In this document: one piece after another, positions 11,738 through 23,360 of the stretch | Layout: every line of letters begins with the position of its first letter | Position numbering within the stretch: the first letter of the stretch is position 1 | Assembly (NCBI RefSeq): GCF_964213995.1 | Contig: NC_135802.1 | Location: forward strand, 75,888,001 to 75,952,000 | Length of the DNA: 64,000 bases | Direction: 5' to 3' | From: Mustelus asterias | Taxonomy: Eukaryota | Translations under genes and position numbers: made by a program | Notes under the pieces: model-generated | Databases searched by the model: none | What the model was told of the DNA's origin: nothing | Seen by the model: the letters and a program-made list of their open reading frames with translations, nothing else

Positions 11738-12253
11738 CCATGGCAAAACGGGCGTAAAGTGCCAGTAAAACTCGGCCCACTAACTCTGTTTCTCTTTCCA
11801 CGCAACTTGCCTGACCTGTTTTTCTATTAATTTGTTGATAACTGACTGCTTTTTAATCCTGTAAATTCATCCTTCAAGAGTTGTTTTGACCAAGTAAAAT
11901 CAAACTTTTGTGCAGCACTGCAGATCACAACAAGCTTTCCTTCAAAAACTAGCTCCTAGCACCGAAAGTTTAAAGACGGGTTACCAGATGAAGCAGGTGA
12001 GGAGGAGGAAACGGAGGGGGTAGGAGAGAATGATGAGAACTTTGAGCAGGTCACAAATGTACACCATATATTTCACATTAGTTAGCTGCACAAACGTCTA
12101 AACGTGTCATCTGTCTGATCCTTCGAGCACCCCTGCCCCGCCTATGTTAGATCTGCAGATTGCACATTGTCCTATCAGCCACCTCAGAACCCACTGAATT
12201 AGAGTGGGAGCGAATCACCCTCCCACCCGAGGGACTGCCCGAGCAGAAGTAAT

Positions 12254-12363
12254 GGACAGGATTTTCCAGCCCCGATATCGACAGGCAAGGTCAACAGCTC
12301 TCCAAATTTCCCTGTCCCACTTGCAACAATGTCGACCGGTATCAGAGTCGGAAAATTCCAGCC
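12254..12363. mobile_element. Harbinger-type MITE
   Basis: Termini ggacaggattttcc / ggaaaattccagcc; flanks aat/agt. Confidence 0.6.
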
Positions 12364-13149
12364 AGTATCTTTCTAGGAGATCCAGCAAGTCCCATTAAAC
12401 TGACCGAAACCACCTGAAGAAGTAGCAGGTGGGTGAATTATTAAAGACACTTCATCTGAATTAATATAAAAAACTGTAATTGAGCTCAGAATTCATTTCT
12501 GCAGAGGGAATATTCAAAGGAAGGTAATTTGGAAGAAGGTACAGAGGTACAAGGTGACCAGAGCAATTGTGGTCTGACATGCAAACGTTGTACATTTAAG
12601 AGAAACAGGAAATTCTAACCCCACCCCTTTGATTTCACTGTGTATGATGTCTCAACCAGTTTAATCACACTGTAGGAGGTGCAAACTTGTTTAACAGCTG
12701 CTCCTGGCTGTATGATGGTGCAGGCTCCATCTGCTCCCATTGTGCTGTGTGAAATGAAAACTGCTCTACTACAGCAATTGTCTTCCCAACTGCCTGCATG
12801 AATCGCAGCTTTTAGAAAATTAATTTTGTGTGAAAATGCTGGTGTTTTCAAATCACTTCAAATATTTGTTGATTGTCGTATTTTCTGATTCCCGACAATC
12901 TTTTCTCTTCTCTATGGGGCAAAAAAAAACAGAGGTTGAGGAATGGCTATCCAACAGTGAAAGCCTTATTAAATCAATAACATGCATTTGTATCGTACTT
13001 TTTATGAGCAAGGAAAGCACTTTATGATGAAATATGGATTTTTTGAAGTGTAATCATTGTCATAATGTGGAGAAACAGCAACCAATTTACACACAGCAAG
13101 GTCTTGCATACAAAGGTGAGACAATTGACCAGTTAATCTATTTTGGGGA

Positions 13150-13785
13150 TTTTTTATTCATTCATGGGCCAGCATTTATTGCTCATTCCTAATTGTCCTT
13201 GAACTGAGAGGCTTATTAGACCATTTCAGAGGGCATTTTTAAAGAATCAATCACATTGCTGTGGACCTGGAGTCACTTATAGGCCAGACCAGGTAAGGAT
13301 GGCAGATTTCCTTCCTTAAAGGACATTATTGAACCAAATGGGTCTTTACGGCAATTGAGAATGGTTTCATGGTCATCATTAGACTTGCAATTTCAGATAG
13401 GGGTGGCACGGTGATACAGTGGTTAGCATTGCTGTCTCATAGCGCCAGGGACTCTCGGGTCACTGTCTCTATGGAGTTTGCACATTCATCCTGTGTCTGC
13501 GTCGGTTTCCTTCGGGGGCTCCAGTTTCCTCCCACAGTCCAAAGATGTGTGGGTTAGGTGGATTGGCCATGATAAATTGCCCCTTTGTGTCAGGGGGATT
13601 GGCAGGGTAAATAAGTGGGGTTACAGGGATAGGGCCTAGGTGGGATTGTTATCGGTGCAGGCTCGATGGGCCGAATGACCTCCTTCTGCACTGTCGGGAT
13701 TCTATGACATTTGCTGTGGTGATTTGAATCTGGGGCATTACCCTGGGTTTCTGGATTACTAATCCAATGACGATATCACTACTCC
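13150..13785 (-). mobile_element. tRNA-derived shark SINE with a nested plus-strand HE1-like SINE (13401-13707)
   Basis: Same family as 32935-33290 (aaggaaatctgccatccttacctggtctggcct); inner gggtggcacggtg...gggattctatga. Confidence 0.75.
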
Positions 13786-13907
13786 AATTGTTTTGTTTTT
13801 TCTTCCGCAATGGAAAGACAAGGAAAATACAGACTTACTGGTTCAAGCAAAACAAATGAGAGATCACAATCCTTAGGCGGGAGAGCAGAAAATCCTGATC
13901 TTGCTTC

Positions 13908-14631
13908 TGTGACGCTACTGTAGCTTTATTAAGAAATGTATTTTTAAAAAATCATGTTCTCCACAGTTTGTAAGCCAGCCTTTTGTTTTTGTTGTGGCAC
14001 TGGCTGCCTGCTTAGATGTCTTTTTATTGCTGCTTCAATGGTTTAAATGGGGATTTGTTTATCCTTACGCTGAGTCTAATGCATTTTCTGGGAGTTTATG
14101 ACCTTTTAAATTGTTAGGGGGGAAGAATGATTGATAGGTCAGGTGACAGGAGTTCTTTCATTTTCAGTGTGGGTTGCTGGCTGCTGTTTTTGATTAAAAG
14201 GTGTTTGGACTTCAGGTTCGGTCTGTCTCTCTCTCTCTGGTGTGTTGGGAAGCAGTTCTGACTTCAAGCTTGTCTGTGTCTGCGTCAAGAAAGCTGCAGA
14301 ATCCAACAGCATCACGTGAGCATTCCTATTTTCTGTGGCAGGTGTATGTGTATAGGAGGTTTGTGGTATTGGAACAGTATTTCGTTGTTAAGGTTTATAC
14401 AATATCATGGTTTTTTTGTTTGTAATTGGTAAAAGTTGTAGCTAATTTTCTTTCCATATGTTAACTGTATTCTTAAATAAACTTTGTTTGATAAAAGCTC
14501 CCTAGTGGGTCATTTGAGTCATACCTGAAGTGAAACACCTTGCGTTTAACCTAGCCAAATTCAAAGCTCAAAACTTATGATCCAAGTGGACTTCACAAAA
14601 TACCTTGGAGTTTCTGACCTGGATTATAACA
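13908..14631 (+). mobile_element. Putative solo LTR
   Basis: TG...CA termini (tgtgacgc...attataaca) and internal aataaa; no clear TSD. Similar LTR-like blocks at ~1740-2510, ~30841-31654 and ~55540-56249(-). Confidence 0.45.
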
Positions 14632-17561
14632 GTTGTGAGTTTTGCTGGATGTAGAGAACTGAGCTATGAGAAAGTATGACAAAAACAAGAGGTATTTGGT
14701 GTTGGAAAGAAGTTTTAAATAGATAGTCTCATTGTGGTATATACATTATCTACACATAGAAGAGATAAACCTGGAACATTACTTCAAATTAAACTGAAGC
14801 AGTGGCATAAGGAGGTCCATGGACACGCTAGCAAATTTAGCATTGATGTCAGAAAATTCTTCCTAAGACAGTGTGACAATCATATAGAATGGGATTTTGT
14901 GTAGGCCATGTCATTCTAGAACATAGATACCAATGAATGAGGCATTGGCTTGTTCTAGATATTTTTGATGTTTTTCTCACGTTGATAGAAAAAAAGCTTC
15001 ATTGAGACAGTCCACAGTAACAATTAGTCTTGTGTGTTTAGTAAATGGAGTGCAGTATGTCATGGGACAAACACTGTTGCTGATTGTCGAAAGCTTGTCA
15101 CCAAACAGCAGAATTATGCTACGTTTCGCATCAATTGAGAAAACATGGTATTCATAACTGATTAAAGTATTAAATAGCTGGGTTTATTCATGAATTAAGT
15201 ATTTACAGAATCAAGGAATATTGGCCCAAATCTCCCACACTCTGGATTGTCGGAGACCTGGTGTATGACTGAGAAATGTGTTTAGACCCTGTGGAAGTCC
15301 AGACTGGCTGATGTACATGGGAATTTCCCAGGAAGTTTCAATTTCTGTTAGGCAATTCCCCTGCTCCCTGGGAGCCTCGCGAATGTCTCTGACCCTGAGT
15401 TAACATCAGGGTCTTTGAATAGTTCTGTGGCATGTACTGAATAGTTGCTCAGGGATTGTTGGACATATTAAAACCAATAACTACCCCAATGGGCCACTAT
15501 TCGCACTGATCCCCTGACAAATCCCTGTGACCCAATGACCCAACCAAACTCATGACCACCTGACTACCCCTTCCAAAAAGAGTTGACCCCCCAACTACCC
15601 ACCGGACTACCCAGCTACCCACCTCACCTCACTAGGTCATCCAGCCGACCACCCTGCTCTCTCTCTTCACCTCCCCGCACCCCCCCTCCCCCGCCATCCC
15701 ACCCCACCATTTGACTACCTGGAACCAGAGGTTTGCTTTATAATCTGTCAGAAAAGGAATGCTAATCTGAACTGAGAGGGTGAATGAAGAATGCCCTTTT
15801 GAGCAGATTGACAATTGTGTCGACGACATAAACAGCACTAAAGTTAATGATCTAATGCAGGAAGAGATATTTCTGCTTGTAAGTAAAATGCCCAGGAAAC
15901 TGTCAAGTAGGACATAGCAGCTGAAACATTCCTGTGAAACATAACAGGAAAGCAAAGGCAACTGGCCGAAAGATAAAAACAGAAAATGCTAGATCAACTC
16001 AGCAGGTCTGGCAGCATCATGGAGAGAGAAACACAGTTAACATTTTGAGTCCATGTGACCCTTCTACAGAACTGAAGAGGGATTAAAATGGAATGATTTA
16101 TTTAGTTGGAGAGGCGGGTAGAGGAGGTGGGGCAGAATGACAGTTCGGAGAAAGGTCAGAGCAAAGGAGAGATTGACAAAGGTGTTGTGAACATGAGACA
16201 AAGGGCGTGTTAATGGTAATTTGAGGACTGAAGAGTGTTTATAGTGGCAAAAGGTAAGAAAGCAGAATGTGTTAATAGGAGAACATAGGTCAGTGCTCAG
16301 GGGGGACCTGGACAATAAGAGATGGATCATCTAGAGATAACTTGGTTGAAGATAAAGCGTACCACTCCTTATTTAAAAGATTGTCCTGGATTTCTTTGGG
16401 CCTCTCTTGGAGTTCTGGCAAGTGGGAGATATGGTGGGAAGGCCATCTTGGACAAATCTGCCGGTGAGGGAGGCAGGTGGATGTAATGATGCACTTCCAT
16501 AGACATCATTTGTAAATATAAAAAGGATTATTAATAAGAAAACAGCAGCCCTGTGGCTGCACCTTGCTTCCTACATGTTTTCTGCCTCAAAGGACTCCAC
16601 TCTCTGGGACGATTACCCACTCTAAGTCCCAATTAGTGCCTCAAGCCAGGTGACCCTGATTCTGCTGTGTTGCCCTTAAAGGGACAACCACCACAAATCA
16701 CCATGGTGGGGGAGGATCTGTAAAATTCTGCCTGCAGTTCCTTTCCAAGGTTCTCAAGGAGTTCACAAATCGGAGCCTGCTTAGTAATCCAGCAGATATG
16801 GGAGAAACTGTAGGATAATGGTTGTGGAACAAAGAGGTGAACGAGTCACTGAGTGTCAGAAATTAAGGTTGTCATTTGTAATTTTAAAACTGCATGTTTA
16901 TTGTGTATTCCAGCCCAAATCCATTCCAATGGATTCCAAGAAATCCATTACAGGACTCCGTCTATTGAGAACAATTCAATAATGTACTCTGATTCCATCT
17001 TTAACTGCAACATATGTGATAAACTCTATTTCTCACACATCTTCTTTCAGGAATGATTATGTCCTCTTGCTTTTCTTTTCTCATATACACTGTAATTGCT
17101 TTTCTAGGAAAGGAATTTGAACCTTTGTGTGTGTCTATCACACTCATACAGCAAAGCCTATTGTCCATTTATTAGATATACAATCATGGCTTCACCGGTT
17201 TCCTCATGTTCCTGGCCTTCTGCTCGAGTCTCTGCAGCTTCAGAGATTCTGCGACATGCTGCCAGATTTATTATGTCCCTCTGGCGTATTCTTGATTCAC
17301 ATGAAAAGTTGATAATAAAAGGGAAGTTAAACAACAGCTGAGCCAAGGTGCTATCAAATACGATCTCAAAGTGTCATTGATCTCAATTCATATCAGTCAA
17401 AAATGAAGTGTTCAATTAAGCAACATATATTTTTCAATGTAAAATGTTTCACCTGCCCTTGCCCAAAATATCACATTTTAGTCTTCAAGGCTGAAATAGT
17501 GAAGAGTTATATAAAATAGTCTAATTTTTGCAGCAGGCATCAGTGTCTTCAACATTGACTG

Positions 17562-18157
17562 TGATGTGGAGATGCCAGCATGGGCTGGGGTGGACACAGC
17601 AAGAAGCCTCACAACACCAGGTTAAAATCCAACATGTTTATCGCTTCTCGGCCTTTTGGCTAAGATCAAGTGTAGTAGCCCATGGTCGGCCGCACTTGTT
17701 TGAGGTCATTAGGTTACGCATATGAAGCAATTTTTAAAAGCAGCATCTCGGCCTTTTGGCTAAGATGCAAATGAGCTCAAGTCTTGGAGGGAGAACCTCC
17801 CCCTCCTCCAATCAGCTTGGCTCATGTAGATCGGGCCCAGGACAGGGTGGTTTGGTCGCTCGCCCTGTCTTGTCAGCCTGGATCGGAAATGTCTCAACTT
17901 GTTGAGACTCTGAATTGGATTTGATTTGATTGAATTGGAAAAGCATTAAAAAAAAATCATGAGCTTTTGGAGCACTGCTCCTTCATCTGGTGAGTGTAGG
18001 TTTCACAAACTTGGCATATATAGACAAAGACACGGCTGGAATGCAAGTCTTTCCAGGTAATCAAGTCTTTCTTTACAGGTACAGACAGTGCGAGTGGAGA
18101 GAGGGATAATCACAGGTTAAAGAGGTGTGAATTGTCTCAAGCCAGGACAGTTAGTTT
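17562..18157 (-). mobile_element. PLE 3' end/pLTR with 11-bp TSD; hosts the U2-headed insert
   Basis: TSD aacattgactg at 17551-17561 and 18158-18168; sequence matches the pLTR at 50590-50855. Confidence 0.85.
17640..17956 (+). mobile_element. U2 snRNA-headed, poly(A)-tailed retroposon (candidate SINEU-like element or chimeric U2 retrocopy)
   Basis: 17640-17677 = ATCGCTTCTCGGCCTTTTGGCTAAGATCAAGTGTAGTA (U2 nt 1-38, exact). Second U2 stem-loop I at 17743-17766. Hairpin-rich body, GATTT-like repeats and an A9 tail. Interrupts a PLE pLTR. Confidence 0.8.
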
Positions 18158-18253
18158 AACATTGACTGACTTAGTATAAAACCTAGCTGGAAAATAAATG
18201 GTGACAATTTTGACATGAGGGACTTAAAGTTGCATTTCGAGAAAGCACATGAT

Positions 18254-19245
18254 GGGCCGAATCTCCCATTCAGGGTCAAAACATTTATTTTCAACTTTGA
18301 ATGGACAAAAAAAAAATACATTTACCTTCCGCCGATGGTTCTGGGCGATCTTCTGATGGAGGATGCTGCAGGGCTCAGTCAGTACAGGAAACTCCAGAGG
18401 GAGAAGTGAAGAGAATCCACATAGAAGCGACACCCCCATTTTACAGCACTAACTGATGTCCCAAACCTAAAGCTTCTTTGAAAAGCTACAGAGGTAAGCT
18501 TAGTGGGTCAGGGGGTAGGATGGATAAGGTGGTCGGATGGGTAGATAAGTGAGGTAGGGTGATAGATGGTGAAGTCAGGTCAGGTCGGATGTGGGGGCTG
18601 GTGGTGGCAGAGTCGGAGGGTTTGGGGGGAGTAGGGTGGTGAGGTTGGGTTGAGGGGAGTCGGGATACTGGGAGGGTGAGGTGGGAGGGCTGTGGGTAAT
18701 CGGGTGGGGGGGTTTTTGGGTTGGGTCAGAGGTGAACCCGGAGAGGGGAGGTGGTCAGGGGGGTTAGGTGGTGGGAGCTAATCAGATCAGGTTGGAAGGA
18801 AGTTGGGGCATCACGGGAATTTGGAGCTCGGTGGGGGGTAGTAGGAGGATTGAAGGAGAGTTGAGGGGTCATAGGTATGAGTGATGGGGGAGGGGTCAGT
18901 TCTGTAGTGGCTTTACCTGGATTCTCTCTATCAGATTTTTCTCCTGACTGACGTGGCAAGCCATTGGTTGCTAGCAGGATCCCCTGGTCCCCCTGAAATC
19001 TACTGCTTTTTCCATGTCTCCTCCGTCCCTTTGCCAGGGAAGCTGGTGTGGGATGTTAAACCCGGCGGGAGTGGAAAACCCTAGCCGCGGGAATGGCCTG
19101 AAAATCTTGCCCAATGCTTTAATCTAACATTTCCTGGGTAACTATTCAGGTAGGTAAGTCAGAACTGTCCAAAGTCTCTGACCGGGACACAGGGGAAGTC
19201 CATGGGAAATACTCCGACTATCTGGAGACTGGAAGATCTGGGCCC
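18254..19245. mobile_element. Non-autonomous Harbinger-like element with G-rich interior
   Basis: Termini gggccgaatctccc / ggaagatctgggccc; related inverted copy starts at ~15223. Confidence 0.55.
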
Positions 19246-20224
19246 ATGTATCACATTCTTTGTCAAAATGAAGCTTAACATTCTAAATGTGGGTTAATGT
19301 TTGTAAAGAATGTAATGAATGAATATTGTCATCATTATTATGGAAGTATTTCCTTTCTTTAGAAAGACTGGACGCATTGAATTCTTCAATTCAACCCTCT
19401 GAACATTGCAGAAAAATGGAATTGTTAGTTATTAAATATGAAAGAGCGGACTTACATTTATATAGTGTCTTTCATGTCCTCAACATGTCCCAAAGTACCT
19501 CAAAGCCAATGATGTGTTTATGAAGAGTATTCACTATTGGGATGTTGGGAAATGGGGCAGCAGAAGGTTGGCCCAAAAAAGCAAACCTGCTGGGCACTCA
19601 GTGATTGATCAAAGCACTTGGCATCAGGAAGGAGAAGGGATGGCTGCAGAGTGACACACCCATGCCCTTTTTCCCGACCCCACTGACCTTCCCCCAGACA
19701 GTGAGTCCCATCCCACGATCCCCATCCCGCCCTCACAAACCTGCGCCCCAGGCTCTTTGCTGATTATAGTCCTCCAGTGGGTACCACCACCCCTCTGGGG
19801 CTGTGCCAGGAATGAAGATTTGCTAGCTTCTGATTGGCTGGCAGCTCTTGTGGGTGGAGGGAGGTGGGGGGCGGCGGGGGGGGGGGGGGGGTTGGAGGGT
19901 TGGGCAGATTTCTGCTCTTATGGTCCCTGATCCCAGGGAAGGCTCGCCATTGGCCACTTAAGTGCCCGATTGGCATTTAAGTTATGGGCCTTCCCCAAAG
20001 GACGTGACACAGAGCTCTTGCCCACTTTACAGATGGTAGGTGAGACTCATCACCTGGATTAAATTTTCCCCAGTCATTTACAATGCAGAAGGATGGCATT
20101 CAGCCCATCACATCTATGCCAGCTCTCTGCTGAGCTACCCAGTCAATTCTATTTCTCTCACCCTATCCTTATAGCTCTGCAAGTTACTTTTCTTCAAGTG
20201 TCCATCCAATTTCCTTTTGAAATC

Positions 20225-21912
20225 ATAAGAACATAAGAACTAGGACTAGGAGTAGGCCATCTAGCCCCTCGAGCCTTCTCCGCCATTCAATAAGATCATG
20301 GCTGATCTTTTAGTGGACTCAGCTCCACTTACCTGCCCGCTCACCATTGCTCTTAATTCCTTTACTGTTCAAAAATTTATCTATCCTTGCCTTAAAAACA
20401 TTCAATGAGGTAGCCTCAACTGCTTCACTGGAATTCCACAGATTCACAACCTTTTGTGTGAAGAAGTTCCTCCTCAACTCAGTCCTAAATCTGCTTCACC
20501 TTATTTTGAGGCTATGCCCACTAGTTCTAATTTCACCCGCCAGTGGAAACAACTTCCCTGCTTCTATCTTATCTATTCACTTCATAATCTTATATGTTTC
20601 TATAAGATCTCCCCTCATTCTTCTGAATTCCAATGAGGGTATAGCCCCAGTCTATTCAGTCTCTCCTCATAAGCCAACCCTCTCAACTCCGAAATCAACC
20701 TAGTGAATCTCCTCTGCACCCCCTCCAGTGCCAGTATATCCTTTTTCAAGTAAGGAGACCAAAACTGTACACAGTACTCCAGGTGTGGCCTCACCAGCAC
20801 CTTATACAGCTGCAACATGATCTCGCTGTTTTTAAACTCCGTCCCTCTAGCAATGAAGGACAAAATTCCATTTGCCTTCTTAATTACCTGCTGCACCTGC
20901 AAACCAACTCCTTGAGATTCCTGCACAAGGGCACCCAGGTCCCTCTGCACAGCAGCATGCTGCAATTTTTTACCATTTAAATAATAGTCCATTTTGCTGT
21001 TATTCCTACCAAAATGGATGACCTCACATTTACCAACATTGTACTCCATCTGCCAGATCCTCGCCCACTCACTTAGACTATCTATATCCCTTTAGACTTT
21101 CAGCGTCCTCTGCACACTGCTCTGCCACCCATCTTAGTGTCATCTGCGAATTTTGACACATTACACTTGGTCCCCAACTCCAAATCATCTATGTAAATCG
21201 TAAACAATTGCAATCCCAACACTGATCCCTGAGGCACACCACTAATTACTGATCGCCAACCAGAAAAACACCCATTTTACCCCCACTCTTTGCTTTCTGT
21301 TAGTTAACCAATCCTCTATCCATGCTAACACATTACCCGTAACACCGTGCACCTTTATCTTATGTAGCAGTCTTTGGAGCGGCACCTTGTCAAATGCCTC
21401 CTGGAAATCCAGATAAACCACTTCCACAGGTTCCCCATTGTCCACTGCACATGTAATGTTCTCACAGAATTCCACCAAATTAGTCAAACATGACCTTCCC
21501 TTCATGAACCCATGCTGCGTTTTACCAATGGGACAATTTATATCCAGATGTCTCGCTATTTCTTCCTTGATGATAGATTCAAGCATTTTCCCTACTACAG
21601 AAGTTAAGCTAACCGGCCTATAGTTACCCGCCTTTTGACTACCTCCTTTTTTAAACAGTGGCGTCACATTTGCTGTTTTCCAATCTGCGGGAACCGCCCC
21701 AGAGTCCAGTGAATTTTGGTAAATTACGACTAGTGCATTTGCTATTTCCCCCACCATCTCTTTCAGTACCTTGGGATGCATTCCATCAGGACCAGGAGAC
21801 TTGTCTACCTTCAGCCCCATTAACTTGCCCAACACTACCTCTTTCGTGATCATGATAGTTTCTAGGTTCTCACCTGCCATAGCCTTCCTGTTATCAATTT
21901 TTGGCATGTTAT
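20225..21912 (-). mobile_element. CR1 LINE, 5'-truncated (RT region and 3' UTR)
   Basis: ORFs 21242-21907 (KSPGPDGMHP, NYRPVSLTS, QHGF, YLDFQEAFDKV) and 20615-21049; (cataagaa)n tail at 20225. Confidence 0.95.
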
Positions 21913-22947
21913 TTGTGGATTGTTTCTGCTTTCACCCCTTCATAGGCAGTGAGTTCCAGGTCATTGCAACTTGAGGAAAAAAATGTTTCATTTTGGCAAT
22001 AGATTCAAGGTGAGTAAAGATCGATTTCTTTATCAAATGGCTGGTAGAAGTTTAACACTCTTTGCCCACCCTGTTCCCCATGAGGAATCTAAGGATCCAA
22101 CAATGGCTGCAGCCATCTTGTGCTCCTCCTATCCAGCTACTGCTCCACAGAGCTCATGGAAGAAGCGATGGTATCCAGGTTCATGTGCATCTCCTGTTTC
22201 CATTGGGTGGTCTGCTGGAAATGGCTCTTTTTGAGAATCACTAATCTCTCAATGGAGGAAGCCGTGCCTGTGGTATTTGAAAAGAGAAGCTGCAGACCGT
22301 AAAGGTATAAAACAAAGTAGAGCTTTTACTGGGGAAGGTGTTGCTCTTGCAGGCCCTTAGATTAGACTGATTGTAAGCCTGGCCCAATTGCTGATGACAT
22401 CATCAGTATGTCATGTGATCAAATTCTTAAAAGGACCTTGCCCCAGCTAGGGACAAACATGAATATACCACAGACCCTTATGCTACAGCTTCAGCATTTA
22501 ACACCTTGCGGATTACTCCACAGGTACATCATCGTTCATCTGACGCTGAGCATCGCTGGTTCCTCCCACAGTCCTCCGAGTGTGTGACCTCAACTATCAC
22601 AGCGTCAGTCAGTTGCTGGGCCACCTCTGTACTATGCTCACTAGATAGTGACCCCAATCCTAACTGCGCATGCCTACTCGTTGATGTGAGAGTATCTGCA
22701 CACTGGTCGAGTGTTTGGGGGAATGTTACTCAACACCATCTGAGACCTCCTCCTCATCCCCCACAGGGGTGGAGGGCTGTCACTCAGCTTCAGTGACCTG
22801 CTCCTCTAGTCTCTGATTTGCAAGACGATAAGACTAATGTGGACCATAAGCTTTTCAATACGTTCTTCTAACTACTCTTGAAGTCTATGTGAGCAGTGGT
22901 GCACACCTCAACACAATATATTGAGCTCACTGGAGAGTCTAATCCCA

Positions 22948-23360
22948 TCATAGAAACATAGAATCTCGAAGTGGGAGTAGGCCATTCAGCCCTTCGAGCC
23001 TGCTCCGCCGTTCATCTTGAACATGTCTGATCATCAAATTCAATATCCTGATCCCCCCTTCCTCACATATCCCTTGATCCCTTTAGCCCCAAGAGCTATA
23101 TCTAATTTCTTCTTGAAATTAGACTACATTTTGGGCTCAACTACATTCTGTGATGTGGAGATGCCGGTGTTGGACTGGGGTGGGCACAATAAGAAGTCTC
23201 ACAACACCAGGGTAAAGTCCAACAGGTTTATTTGGTAGCATGAGCTTTCGGAGCACTGCCCCTTCATCAGGTGAGTCAAAGTGGCCCAGCAACAGACTGA
23301 CGCTGTGATTCTACATTCTGTGGTAGTGAATTCCACACATTCACCATCCTCTGGGTGATC
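22948..23360 (-). mobile_element. CR1 3' end interrupted by a PLE pLTR (23153-23310, TSD ctacattctgtg)
   Basis: TSD at 23141-23152 and 23311-23322; host homologous to 41053-41300. Confidence 0.8.

Noticed and set aside
16853-17346. Possible host coding exons (short ORFs in unique sequence; also ~36780-36990)
   Set aside because: No recognisable homology or consistent acceptor/donor phase by eye; cannot be supported without a search.
17640-17677. Functional U2 snRNA gene
   Set aside because: Only nt 1-38 match. The U2 Sm site, 3' stem-loops and upstream PSE are absent, the flank is PLE sequence, and an A-tail follows.
22030-22945. Possible LTR-retroelement internal/LTR remnant
   Set aside because: LTR-like composition, but no diagnostic gag/pol motif, PBS or TSD could be identified.
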